Shown here piece after piece: positions 51,118 to 64,000 of a stretch of 64,000 bases of DNA; the stretch's first letter is position 1; every line of letters begins with the position of its first letter. Position numbers and translations under genes: made by a program. This DNA comes from Octopus sinensis (taxonomy: Eukaryota): NCBI RefSeq assembly GCF_006345805.1, contig NC_042997.1, forward strand, positions 116,250,001 to 116,314,000, in the 5' to 3' direction. The notes beneath the pieces are model-generated. The model ran no database searches and was not told the origin of the DNA. It saw nothing but the letters and a program-made list of their open reading frames with translations.

Positions 51118-51805
51118 ACACTGCCTAAATACCAATTTCGAGAAATTATGCTTCTCAAAACCAGAAAAAAGAAAGCTAATTCGAAGACAACAGATCCAAT
51201 CCATCGCTGGAACTGTAAAGATCTGTAAAACTTTCCAGAAGTCTATCATTTAAGTATATATGAGCATGTGTAGATATGCAACTATATGCATGAGAATACA
51301 TACATAAAACAAAACATAAGAATCTGCACATGTACATACATACATACATACATATATATACATACATACATACACATACACACATACATACATACATACA
51401 TGCATACATACCTACATACATACATACATACATACATACATACATACATACATACATACATACATACATACATACCCTGTTGAAACTAGTTCTTTCTCTA
51501 TTGGCAAGAAATCTTGAAATAAAACTGAATATTGACATACATACATATATAAATGCCCATACGTACATACATACATACATACTACATACATACATACATA
51601 CATACATACATACCTTGTTGATGATGTTGAAATTCCAATGACTTTAGGTTAGAGATTGGGAATTGTGTTGCTAGGTAAGGACACCGTGGATTGAAATAGG
51701 ATTGAAATAGAAGCTGACAGACCTTATATACTTTTAAGTTGAAATTCCAATGGATTTAGGTTAGAAAACGTTTCTTTCTCTATTGGCAAGAAATCTTGGT
51801 ATAAA
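51118..51805 (+). mobile_element. Cluster of (CATA)n-associated LINE (family 4) 3' fragments
   Basis: 51118-51330 matches 17468-17670. 3' UTR pieces at 51472-51535, 51612-51655 and 51738-51805, the first two adjoining (CATA)n. Confidence 0.8.
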
Positions 51806-52019
51806 TATGTGTGTCCAATGAATACTAAACAGGCCAAAACTTCGAAGTCACTTTCAACACTGGTCTTTTTAAACAATATGAGTCTACAGTCCTTCAATTT
51901 CATGTAAAATTGATTCTATTGAGTTGACATAAAACAAACTACACACACGCACGCGCGCGCACATATAATATATTATTCTCATCTCGAGTGCTGTGGCCAT
52001 GCTGGGAAACCGGCAATAT

Positions 52020-52212
52020 TCTTTTATTCTTTTATTAGCTTCACTCATTTGACTGCAGCCATGCTGGAGCACCAGCTTTAGTCGAACAAATCGACCCCAG
52101 GACTTATTCTTTGTAAACCTAGTACCTACTATTCTATCTGCGTTATTTCCCGAACCGTTAAGTTAAACACACCAACATCGGTTGTCAAGTGATGACGGGG
52201 GACAAACAGACA
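52020..52212 (-). mobile_element. SINE family B, 3' half
   Basis: catttgactgcagccatgctggagcacc...gtcgaacaaatcgaccccaggacttattc. Confidence 0.85.
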
Positions 52213-52250
52213 CAGACACACACACAGAAACACAGATACACACAGACACA

Positions 52251-52285
<35 letters not shown>

Positions 52286-52904
52286 TAATATCTCACAGCA
52301 CGAGTTTTAAATGTACATATATGTATCTATATATGCATATATTATATACTATTTATATTATTATATGATCGAACGCCACGCATCCTTTTCCAAGTAAGTT
52401 TTCTTAATAATTACGATGCGCACTCTTCTATCTTTACTATCTTTTCTCTGTCTATCTCTTTCCCTCTCTTGTGCTTCATCCTTTCTGGTTTTCTCTCCCA
52501 CTCTTCCCCATTCTTCTCCTCTCCTCTTCCCCGTTCCCTCTCTCTCACTCCTCCTCCTCCTCAACTCTCTCGTCGCTGACACGTGACGAAAGAGAATCTA
52601 TCTTTCTGCCCACTACCTTCGTAAAGACAAAACGTGTTTATAATGTCTCCTTCATAAGCTCGTCTTCCTAGCGTTCATAATAAATTTTCTATCATCTTGG
52701 CTCAGCAGTCCTCATCGTTTGTTTTTACTGTCTTGTTCTCACTGTCCTGTCCTTGTTACCACTTTCACCCTCCGCAAAAAAATCCCAAATTTTATTTAAT
52801 TTGCTTTGCGAGAAGGACTGTTTCAATGAAGTCGCGTCTTGTCCTTACCTTCGGAACGCGAAGTAGATGAAACAGGGACAACTTAAGAAAAGGAGTATTC
52901 TTTA

Positions 52905-53206
52905 TGTTGTATGTCTCGTTTCTCTGTTTGTTTGTTTTTTTTTTTTCTTTGTTCGAAAAAAGTTTGCTTTCTATGTTTTTGTTTTATGTATTCGTTTCTC
53001 CTTGTGTTCAACGTTTTCTTGATGTCCTGTACCCAGATATGCATGTTTCTCTCCTTGTTTCTTTTCTGTGTATCTTTCTGTCGAAAAGCGTAGGCTCGAA
53101 ACGTAAAAGACTTGTTTTATTTCTATTCCTGAGCGCCATCCTAATACAATTGTTTGTTTGTACTCCACCTGCCTTCGTCTTTTGTTTATTTTTGTAAACC
53201 TTCCCG
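52905..53206 (+). mobile_element. PLE pLTR fragment with U6 hammerhead-like motif (53074-53109)
   Basis: cuuu-CUGUCGA-a-aagc-guag-gcuc-GAAACGUA-aaag, tail gtaaaccttccc then TA-rich repeats. Confidence 0.8.
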
Positions 53207-53512
53207 TTATATATACATATATATGTAGGTATGTACATATATGTATGTATATATGCATGTATTTATGTATTATATATATATATATATCAAAGAAGGTGTT
53301 GATAATGGCTTCGAAGTTTCACTGCTCGTTCACTTCGTCAGACTTATCTGACGGAGCCAACAATCAATGAAGTTTCGAAATCCCTCTAACATTTCTTCTT
53401 GTAAAAATAAATTTGATACTCTTCTGTTGTCCGTAAACATATTGAGTGACCATTTCACGAATGTTTGTTTTTATGTATAACTACACATTTAAGAGATACA
53501 GACATTAAGATA

Positions 53513-53558
<46 letters not shown>

Positions 53559-53955
53559 TGAGTGTATGTGTGTGTGTGTGAGTGTGTGCGTGTTCAGAAA
53601 TATGACGTAACGAATGCAACATGAGACGTCTAGCTGCATAGCAAACAAACAAGTTAAAATATAAACACCGTCCAATAAACAAGATAAACAAAAACACTCA
53701 GCAAAATAAATAAATAAAATTCAGAAGAAATTAATTCAAACGATTGGCCTTTGATGCTGCTAAGTGTTTAATAAATGACCAAGCCAGAAACAACACGATT
53801 TTGGCATTATAAAACACCTAATCAATCAAAATAATCGAAAATAATCAATCAGTCTGAGCTAGGAACCAGTTAACTACTTTGTGACAGCAGTAATAACTTT
53901 CAAACTAAAATTAACCGCTCGATACCGCTTTCGGGAGTTTACTTGTGGTTGTTGT

Positions 53956-53989
<34 letters not shown>

Positions 53990-54754
53990 ATTGTTCTTGT
54001 TGTTGCTGCTGGTGTTTTTGTTGTTGTAGTTGTTGTTGCTGTTGCTATTGTTGCAGCTGATGTTGTTGTTGTTGTTTTTGTCTTTTGTAAAAGACCGTCT
54101 ATTCACTTTGCATTCTTTCAGCTTTATATTTGAAGCTTCTGTCCTCTATTATCTTCGTCTATTAATTTAAAAGAATGGCCTTTATTTAACTATCGGAACA
54201 AATAGAATCCAAGAGGGTTTCGTGAAACGATGAAGAATGAAAGAGTCGAGCACCTTTTTGATTTCTATATGTCAAACACTCGTGGACATACTTACAAAAT
54301 CAAAAAAACAACACAGCACACATAATTTTCAGAACCATTTCTTCCTGCTCAGAAATGCTGAAGCCTGAAGAAAACTACCTGCAACAGTTTTTAGCTGTCG
54401 GGACACTGTACCTTCAAGCCTTCCATGCTTCCTGAATTTCCCAAACGGTAAACCTGTTGCTACCCCACCATTTCTTTTAACGACTCATTCTCTGTTCACT
54501 TCATGTGTAGTGTTCTGTTCCTGTTCATACACTTATGGGTACTTTTTTCTGATGATGCATCCGAGTATTCTACACAATAATTTCATTATTATCATTATAA
54601 CCAATGCTGTGGAACCGGGTCGAGATTCATTTGGTACCGGGCTGCACAGGAAGAATAAATTTAAGAATTTCATTCCTATTTTATCGACTATGGCAGTCTA
54701 TTGTCTGGTTTCTCTTTTGTACTGCATATGCATTCAGTATGTAATAATTGAGTT

Positions 54755-55282
54755 TTTACGTTCTGAGTTCAAATTCCGCCGAGGTCGACTTTGTCTTTCA
54801 TCCTTTCAGGGTTGATAAATTAAGTACCAGTTGCGTACTGGGGTTGATCTAATCGACTGGCCCCTTCCTCGAAAATTTCGGGCCTTGTGCCTAGAGTAGA
54901 AAAGAAGATTATTAGTCCAACCTAAGGCAGTGAGCTGGCAGAATCGTTAGCACGCCGGGCTTAACGGGTATTTCACCAGTGGCTATGTTCTGAGTCAAAT
55001 TCCTCCGAGGTTGACTTTGCCATTCATCCTTTTGGGTTCGTTAAATACGTACCAGTTACGCACTGGGATCGATATATTCGACTTAATCCTTTCCCCCAAG
55101 TTTCAGGCCTTGTCTCCACAGTAGAAAAGATTATTAGTTCCGCCGAAGTTGGCCTTTGTCTTTCATCCTTTCAGGAATCGTTTAAATAAGTACCAGCCGT
55201 GGCCTTGTGCCAAAGGTTTAAAACCATTAATGTTGGAAGCTAGCAGTATCGTTAGCGCGTTGGGCAAAATGCTTAGCGGTAT
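54755..55282 (+). mobile_element. Cluster of 3-4 SINE family A copies and fragments
   Basis: Repeated tcatcctt...aagtaccag domains and heads at ~54925 and ~55238. Confidence 0.85.
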
Positions 55283-55569
55283 AATATACATTTGTAAATT
55301 ACTAACATAATAGTTAAACTATTAACTTATGTGCCATTGATTTTATCGATTGGGCTTCTCTCTTAATTATATTTGGTACTCTGGTTAATGAAATATATCG
55401 ATATATCATGGAAAACGTCATGAGGAAGAAATGCGGAATTTTGACATGCAGTTTCATTTTCGATATTAAGTCAATTCATTTAATATATTGCATGTTACTG
55501 TAGCTGTATAACTCCAGAATAGTTCTGATAAAGTACACGTAGAATCAAACACGTTTCAGTCTTTTTTTT

Positions 55570-55766
55570 TTCTTTACTTGTTTCACTCATTTGACTGCGG
55601 CCATGCTGGAGCACCGCTCTGAGTCGAGCAAATCGCCCCCAGGACTTATTCTTTGTAAGCCTAGTACTTATTCTATCAGTCCGAACCGTTAAGTTACGGG
55701 GGACATAAACACACCAGCATCAGTTGTCAAGTAATGGTTGTGGTGATGGGGACAAACACAGACACA

Positions 55767-55821
<55 letters not shown>

Positions 55822-55974
55822 AACGGGCTTCTTTCAGTTTCCATATACCAAATCCACTCACAAGGCTTTGGTCGGCCCGAGGCTATAGCAGAAGACACTT
55901 GCCCAAGGTACCACGCAGTGAGACTGAACCCAGAACCATGTGGCTGGTAAGCAAGCTACTTACCACACAGCCAC
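55570..55974 (-). mobile_element. SINE family B, near full length
   Basis: Colinear with 18289-18696. Confidence 0.9.
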
Positions 55975-56114
55975 ATTTTTCAGACATTATGCATCTACAT
56001 CATCTAATGTGCCTGTCTAATTTTTAAGACAATAAAGTATCGTTTGAGGAAAATTTGGCTTATATTTCTAGCAGATTAATTGACTACATACAAACATCTT
56101 TGTTTTGTTGCGCA

Positions 56115-56330
56115 ACCCTACGTCATCCCTGATCTAACAACCCTCGTGTACGACGTCAGCACTAACCTATAATATCAGCCTACATTCTATGACATCATAT
56201 CTGATCTACGACGTCAGTCTTACTCTATGACGTTAGCCTTGATCCACGCCAGCCTTATCTACGACGTAAGCCGTAATCTATTACCTTGGCTCTTATCTAC
56301 GACATCAGCTCTGATCTCTGACGTCTGCTT
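56115..56330. repeat. Diverged 19-20-bp minisatellite, ~10 units
   Basis: Consensus about ctgatctacgacgtcagc(c/t). Confidence 0.8.
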
Positions 56331-56609
56331 CGGCGTCGACGTTACTCAATCACATGAATCCTGCTCTAAAATACCTGATCAATGATATCAGCTAACATCA
56401 CTGATCAATGTTCGAACAAAGAGGTTTCTTTTTTCTGACTCCTCTTTTAAGGTGTTCACTCCAGTGGTAAACTTATTTGAGACTCAATATTTATTCCCTA
56501 CCGGTTGAGGTCTGAAGGTCTAGTAACCAATATTAAGGATTAAGGTCAAAGTTTAGAAGGCATGTTCTCAATTCTGATTTTGCCCAGTTCGCCGCTTAAT
56601 TCAATAAAT

Positions 56610-56825
56610 AGGGCAGTGAGCTAGCACAATCATTAGCAAAGCGGGCAAAATGCTTAGCGACAACTCACCTATCTGTATGTTCTAGGTTCAAATTCCGTCG
56701 AGGTCGACTTTGCTTTTTATCCTTTTGGGGTTGATAAAATAAGAACCAGTTGAGTACTGGGGTCAATGTAATTAACTTATCCCCCCCCACTCCGTCCAGG
56801 TTTGCTGACTTTGTGCCAAAATTTG
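56610..56825 (+). mobile_element. SINE family A, diverged
   Basis: ggcagtgagctagcacaatcattagc...ggttcaaattccgtcgaggtcgactttgc. Confidence 0.85.
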
Positions 56826-57706
56826 ATCCCAGTAAATTATGCTCTCGGAATGTTATATTCTAGAAATTTATGGTGTTTCTGTAGTTTTGTGGGGAATCAT
56901 GCAAATTTTAGATTAAAATAATTTTACTGGAGTTTATCGTGTGGAAACAACTACGTCTCATGTACCGCTTACTTTGTTAGCAAACTAGATTCTTCGCTCC
57001 ATGAAAGAGCGGCGTCTGTTGGCTAACAACTGCCATTAATGCAGTTACTAACTAATTAATTTAATATGCATGTGCCTGTAACAAGATCTGATAAAATCTT
57101 ATCAATGGATAAACTTTAAATGCTGGGAATTAATTACGGCTGGTTTACCAGTCGATCATTTTCTGGAGGTACGTTACAGTCCCGTTAACTCACAATGGCG
57201 TAGTCAGATATTCTGTTTAAAATAAAATTCATTATAACGCCTTGGTTAAAACAGGCTGGTTATTAAGATTTGCTTCTGCCTCTTATAACAAGCAAAGCAA
57301 GTACTAAAAGACAGAAAAGAAGAAAGAGTGATTGAATGAATGATAGAAACAAACAAACAATACGAATAATGAACGATAAGGAGACGAAAGAGAGGAAGAA
57401 ATATGGGAAGTATATTCAGGAAAACTCAAAGAAGATTAATGATTCTGTTAAAGTTTACCATGTGGAAAATTATCAACAAATTATTTTCTGCTGATTTATT
57501 CTTAGCGAACAATTTCTAATTAAGATTACTTTCGAATAAGTAAGCTTTTCTGAAGATAGGAAAAATTATAAATAACCAATAAAAATATACAAATTCTTTA
57601 AATTGCTCGAGTAATTTTCATTAAGATTTTCGGTAAAAGACACACCTGTTATATAAGAACAATATGACTGAAGAATAAAACTCTCGAGCGGAACATTCTG
57701 GATATT

Positions 57707-57916
57707 CTTTTCTACTCTAGGCACAAGGCCCGAAATTTTGGGGGAGGGGGCAAGTCGATTAGATCGACCCCAGTTCGCAACTGGTACTTAATATATCGAC
57801 CCCGAAAGGATGAAAGGCAAAGTCGACCTCGGCAGAATTTGAACTCAGAACGTAACGACAGTCGAAATACGGCTAAACATTTTGCCCGGCGTGCTAACGT
57901 TTTTGCCAGCTCGCCG
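57707..57916 (-). mobile_element. SINE family A, full length with perfect 17-bp TSD
   Basis: TSD ggaacattctggatatt at 57690-57706 and 57919-57935. Confidence 0.95.
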
Positions 57917-58774
57917 ATGGAACATTCTGGATATTAAACAGAAATATGGTTGGGTCTGACACATGTAATATATTATTACATACAACCTTGCTAATTAATG
58001 ATGATAATTGACAATTAGCGCGATGAGTGTTGTCTTGAGCATTAAGTTTGGCATATTTGGAAATTGAAATAAGGAAAAATAGTTCTTCGATTTACTCTTG
58101 ACTTGTAGTCTGCTGTACACCTAGCTCTCTCTCTCTCTTTCTCTCCCTCTTTGTATCAGAACATTACTGAAGAATTTGGAATGCTCATTGCGCATATTCT
58201 TTATTAGGTTTCGTAGACGTGGATTAAGAACAAAGAGTCGGTAATACTATAATAACTGGCTGGAAAAATGAAAATATTAATCAATAACTGATATTATGTA
58301 TATTTTTTTCATCATACGGGGTATATAGTCTTTTTATATTCCCAGAATTAAACATGCTGACACTAACTTACATCACGTTTTTCATTTAGATAACGATGCC
58401 AATAACTGTAAAATTTTAGTTATTAATCCATGACGAATTCAATAAGATGAAGGTTATTCCTCGCTGATGAGACAACAATAAGACCGAAATATGTTGCTGG
58501 AAAAATTGAAAAGAAAACAATACTAACCACCACCATCATCCCCACCACCACCAACAACAACAACAGCACTACCACCACCACTACCACCACTACAACCACC
58601 ACCACCACCGCCACTACCACCACCATTACCACCGCCCACAACAACAACAACACTGCTATCGCCTCCAATAATAACAACAACACCGGCACTAACATCATTC
58701 CAATGGCGTTACTGATTTGAAAAAGACGTAAACGTCACTGTTTCTTAAGCTCAGTGGCTGAATAAAATGTAAGA

Positions 58775-58828
<54 letters not shown>

Positions 58829-59189
58829 CCTTGAGCAGATAAATCTTTCGCTTTTATTAAAGATTTGTGTCTCAAGGTATGTTTTAATGCGTCCATAGAG
58901 TTGTTTTTGAAGAACTCAGCAAGCCGGAAGAGTCGTTACCACATCGGGGGAAAAAAAGGTCTGGCGACATTTCTTCCGGTACTTTACGTTCTGAGGATGC
59001 TAAATCTATCACCACACCTGAGGATGCTCACCCATTAGTTCTGATATGAAAATCTATGGTATTGAGCAGAATATTTGCTGTAGCCCATCTTTTATACCGG
59101 TCAGTTAAGATCAGGAGTCACTGCCCGGTACTGCATCAAGGCATACGAAACAATGTACCTGATAACACTTCCAGACTTCCAGCCAGTTA

Positions 59190-59251
<62 letters not shown>

Positions 59252-59279
59252 CATCATCATCATCATCATCATCATTATT

Positions 59280-59333
<54 letters not shown>

Positions 59334-59405
59334 GGTGTTGTTGTTGTTGTTGTTGTTTGTTGTTGTTGTTGTTATTATATTATTATTATTATTATTATTA
59401 TTATT

Positions 59406-59956
59406 GAGTGAGAGAGCAGTTCATGTCATCAAGGTGACACTGGGGTAAAATATACGAAGCCCAATATACCCATCATGACTACCCGTCTGATAAAGGTACA
59501 CCAGGCACATGCATCACAACTATATGTGCGCGACATGGTGATCTCATATCAAGATAAACAGCACATGACCTTGCAGGTGGGGCCCAGTTAGAATTTTCTT
59601 CAGGTTGAGTAGCCCATCCCGCTCAAACGGTCTCTGAATAAGGTTGTTAAGGATGTTGAAAGAACCACCCATGTTTCCAGAGGCGAACTATTCAAACCCC
59701 AAAGAATCCCTCTCAACACATGGCTATGATGCTCCCCCACTACTTCTGCTCGTGATCAGAGATGCACATATCGTCAGCCACTAAGGGACATGTTCAACTG
59801 GTTAAGGTCAAACAACTGACAAGCAAATCTGTGGTATTGAGCAGAATATTTGCTGTAGCCCATCTTTTATACAAGACAAAACAATGTACATGATAACACT
59901 TCCAATCAGTTAAGATCAGAAGCCATGAGAGCCACTGCCTGGTACTGCATCAGGGC

Positions 59957-59957
<1 letters not shown>
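59406..59957 (-). mobile_element. ~550-bp (TAA)n-flanked element, copy 4
   Basis: Same termini as the other copies. Scrambled fragments of it also lie at 59055-59190. Confidence 0.85.
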
Positions 59958-60024
<67 letters not shown>

Positions 60025-60027
60025 CAT

Positions 60028-62127
60028 CATTCAGTAGTTTTATTTTTATAGCGTGCTTTCACTTCACTACCGAGCGCAGCTCTGTGTGCCTTGGGTATGT
60101 ACTGTGATTTGTTGTGATGCTCTGATGGTTACTGTATGGAAAGTGATCTGCGTAGGATGTGTGCAGTGCCTAGTAGTGCAATTTTCTGTATGTTATATGT
60201 GTTTGTAAGTCCTGGTGTCTTTGTTCTGTATTTGTCTGAATATTTTTTTATCATGCCTAATGCACCTACTATGATAGGAATTGTTTCTGTTTTTAGATTC
60301 CACATTCTGGTTACCTCTATTTCCAGGTCTTTGTATTTTGAAAGTTTCTCCATTTCTTTTAGAGACACGTTGTCATCTACCGGTATTGATACATCAATTA
60401 GAAAGCATTTTTTTCTTCATGATCTCTGACAACTATATCTGGTCTGTTGGCCTTATTTTCTCTATCTGTATGTATTGGCATATCCCAGAGTATGGTTGCT
60501 TTCTCGTTTTCTGTGACCTTTTCTGGTGTGTGCCTATACCATCTTTTTTCTGTTGTTATTCCATGATGTTGGCATAGCTTCCAGTGTATATAGGTTCCAA
60601 CTCTGTCGTGTCTGTGAATATATTCCTTCTTAGCCAGGACTGGGCAGCCAGAGATAATATGATTTATTGTTTCTTGTCCATCTCCACATATTCTGCAGTT
60701 ACTTGTTATATTTCTTTTCATAACATGTTTTTGGTAATTTCTGGTGGGGAGACTTTGATCTTGTGCTGCAATTAAAAATCCCTCTGTCTCTGCTTTGAGT
60801 CCTGAGCTTCTCAACCATTACTGGGATTTTCCTTTGTCTATTTCTTTTGCATTTAGTTTAGTCCAGTATTTACCATGAAGGGGCTTTTCTTGCCATCGTT
60901 TAATCATGGTTCTTTCCTGTTCTAGTTTTAGTTTGGATTTCATTTGTTTTTAAGCTTTTGTGTTTTGTTTCTGTTTTTCTTCTTCTTTCTTCTTCTTCTT
61001 CTTCTTCGTCTCTTCTTCTTCTTCTCTTCTTCTTTCTTCTTCTTCTTCTTCTTCTTCTTCTTCTTCTTCTTCTTCTTCTTCTTTCTTCTTCTTCTTCTTC
61101 TTCTTTCTTCTTTCTTCTTCTTCTTCTTCTTCTTATATTTATTAGGTGGTATGATTTCTTGTTTGTATTTGTCAGCTTCCTTAAATACTGAGAACAGTTT
61201 TTTGTTTTGCTCATGTTTTGTTGCCGCTATTTGTATCAGTTTTCCTTCTTTCTGAAGTAGATATTTTTGCAGTCCGATGGTAGTTATTTTATAGTAGTTT
61301 TCCAGCTGTATAAGGCCTCTACCACCTTCTATACGTTGTATATATAGTCTTTCTATGTCAGATTTTGGGTGATGCATCCTAGATCCTGTCATTATTTTTC
61401 TTGTTTTCCTATCTATTTTGGTCAGTTCATTTAGTGTCCAGTTAAGGATATTGTAGCTGTAACTTATAACTGGACAGCTAAAGTGTTATGCCTATTATCT
61501 TGTTTTTAGCATTGAACTCTGTTTTAGTATTGATCTAACTCGTCTATAATATTCTTTTTTTATTTTCTCTTTCATTTGTGTGTGTTGTGTCTTATCTAGT
61601 TCATGGATTCCTAAGTATTTGTAAGTTTGGCTTTGGTCTAATTCTTTTATTTCATTGGTTTTATCTAGTGTGATGTTGCTACTCTTAACTAGTTTTCCCT
61701 CTTTCATGGTTACTTTGGCGCATTTTTCTAATCCAAATTTCATATCTATTTCTTTGGTAAATCCATGAACTGTCTTTAATAGTGTTTCCAGCTGTCTGTC
61801 ATTTGCAGCGTATAGTTTTAGGTCATCCATATATAAAAGGTGGCTGATCGTTTTGCCGTAACATTTATATCCGCATCCAGTTCTATTTAGCATATCAGAT
61901 AGAGGTGACAGTGCCAAGCAGAAAAGGAGTGGAGATAGCGTGTCTCCCTGGAATATTCCTCTTCTAATGGGGATGGCTTTGGTTTTCATGAGTCCCTCTT
62001 TTGTTTGGAGCTGTAGCACTGTTTGCCATTTATTCATAAAGTGTCCTATGAATTTTATAATTGTTGGTGCTACTTTGTTAATGGCTAGTGTTTCGAGGAT
62101 CCATGTGTGGGGATGCTATCAAACGCC

Positions 62128-62130
<3 letters not shown>
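60028..62130 (-). mobile_element. 5'-truncated R4/Dong-like LINE (family 1): RT, CCHC knuckle, RLE, 3' UTR; frameshifted
   Basis: KAFDSIPH; RGIFQGDTLSPLLF; HLLYMDDLKL; RLYI.R..GGRGL; CRIC...ETINHIISGC; RPDIVV; KLSKY; IPIIVGALG. (TAA)n on both sides. Confidence 0.93.
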
Positions 62131-62161
<31 letters not shown>

Positions 62162-62176
62162 CATTATCATATTATT

Positions 62177-62237
<61 letters not shown>

Positions 62238-62249
62238 CATTATTGTTCC

Positions 62250-62350
62250 GCCGGGGTTGAAATTCCTTTCATCCTTTCGGGGTCGATAAATTAAGTACCA
62301 GTGAAACTGGTACTTAATCGACTAGTCCCCGCCACTCAAAATTTCAGGCC

Positions 62351-62411
<61 letters not shown>

Positions 62412-62587
62412 GATGGCGAGCTTGCAGTGTCGTTAGCACGCTCGACGAAATGCTTAGCGGTGTTTCGTCTGTCGCTACGTTCTGAGTTCAAATTCTACCG
62501 AGGTTGACTTTACCTTTCATCCTTTCAGGGTCGATTAAATAAGTACCACTTACGTACTGTAGCCCATATGTGCCTATAGTAGGAAGG

Positions 62588-62590
<3 letters not shown>
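62250..62590 (+). mobile_element. Two SINE family A pieces interleaved with (TTA)n
   Basis: cctttcatcctttcggggtcgataaattaagtacc at ~62265 and a head at 62411. Confidence 0.85.
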
Positions 62591-62631
<41 letters not shown>

Positions 62632-62659
62632 CATCATCATCATCATCATTATCATCATA

Positions 62660-62866
62660 GACGTCGCGCAGTATCCAATATCGTGAGGTTGTTGATTGAA
62701 GATATTGTACCTACTGGGGGTTTGTATTGTTTGTCAAGTCACAACAAGGACCCCTGACAGACAGTACTTTATGCTATATGCATGCAGTTCCAAGTAATGC
62801 CTACTTTTGCAATACAAGTAGATTGTAGGGTATTTCTTAGTGTAGAAATACCCTACACTTTAGATG
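62660..62866 (-). mobile_element. Old Dong-like 3' end (family 3) with a short 5' inversion
   Basis: LQK*ALLGTACI*HKVLSV and a distinct 3' UTR, within (TAA)/(TGA) repeats. 14-bp inverted repeat tgtagggtatttct/agaaataccctaca at 62824-62857. Confidence 0.7.
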
Positions 62867-62904
62867 TATTATTATTGTCGTCGTCGTTGTTGTTGTTGTT
62901 GTTA

Positions 62905-62969
<65 letters not shown>

Positions 62970-63415
62970 ATTATTATCGTTATTATTATAATATTTGTGC
63001 GGTGTACCTTAAGAAATGTAATAAGGTGTGAAAATATAAATATGATAAGAATAGACAAGATAGCTAGCAGTTACACATGACGTTTCCATTGACTTATCTG
63101 TTTCTAAATCGAGTTGGAAACAAATGAGTTCTGACAGACTGCTGAAGAACAAACTCTTCGAATGCTTCATGAGAATTGCATATTAGCTGATGTATTGATT
63201 TTTGGGTGGAAATTGGACATATTTGCATATCTATGTATTCTTTTGGCTTGACGGTATTGTGTGTAATGTATGAACTCATGCGTTCACATAGTCGTATATA
63301 TATGCATGCATGCACGCATGTATGTATGAATGTATGTACGTATGTATGTATGTATGTATGTTGTATGTATGTATGTATGTATGTATGTATGTATGTATGT
63401 ATGTATGTATGCATG

Positions 63416-63469
<54 letters not shown>

Positions 63470-63499
63470 ATATATAATTATATATATATATTATATATA

Positions 63500-63562
<63 letters not shown>

Positions 63563-63688
63563 CAGGCATATATACAGAAGCATACATACGTGGATACCTA
63601 TATACAGACAAACACACACATAAACGTGTTTATATGTGTAGTTTTATATTTTTGCGTCTATTTAGTTACTTACCTACCTAGCTATCTG

Positions 63689-63780
<92 letters not shown>

Positions 63781-64000
63781 CACGCGCACACACACACACA
63801 CACATACACACATACACATACTCACATACGTATTTTAAATTAATGTTTGCTTTTTCTCCTTAGTTATTTTTAAAAATAATTTTACATTAATCTGAAGGTT
63901 CCCTCTACACTTTTGTAAAGTACAAAATTATTATTCTTAAACAAGAATGATTTTGACAATGACTTCGATATTTCGACAAGCTAAATGATCGACGGACTGC

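Noticed and set aside
53305-53350. CTGACGA...GAAAC motif on the minus strand
   Set aside because: Stem II does not pair. At most a decayed PLE remnant.
56115-56345. CRISPR array
   Set aside because: Eukaryotic context, no unique spacers, no cas genes.
59406-59957. Faint resemblance of the 550-bp element to U2 snRNA or 5S rRNA
   Set aside because: Only short, gapped word matches, not enough to claim derivation.

Overview
AT-rich, microsatellite-saturated animal genomic DNA. The SINE families, (TA)n/(CATA)n/(TAA)n load and Penelope-like content point to a coleoid cephalopod, most likely Octopus (inference). I cannot support any intact host protein-coding gene, and most ORFs in the track are translations of simple repeats. 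The window is a mosaic of retroelements: (1) four tRNA-derived SINE families; (2) RLE-type (R4/Dong-like) LINE fragments of three families in (TAA)n and a fourth in (CATA)n; (3) a ~550-bp non-coding (TAA)n-bound element in four copies; (4) CR1-group and RTE LINE 3' ends; (5) many Penelope-like (PLE) remnants in (TA)n, carrying about a dozen minimal hammerhead ribozyme motifs; (6) a GC-rich, decayed Ty3/Gypsy pol with its 3' LTR. DNA transposons are represented by a non-autonomous Helitron, a mariner deletion derivative and MITEs. The most interesting signals are a hammerhead family with a fixed non-canonical core (CUGUNGA, A6->U) in five of five copies, a (CATA)n-targeting RLE LINE, head-less SINE concatemers joined at one fixed hairpin position, and the ~550-bp (TAA)n element. 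All alignments and folds were done by eye and boundaries are approximate.
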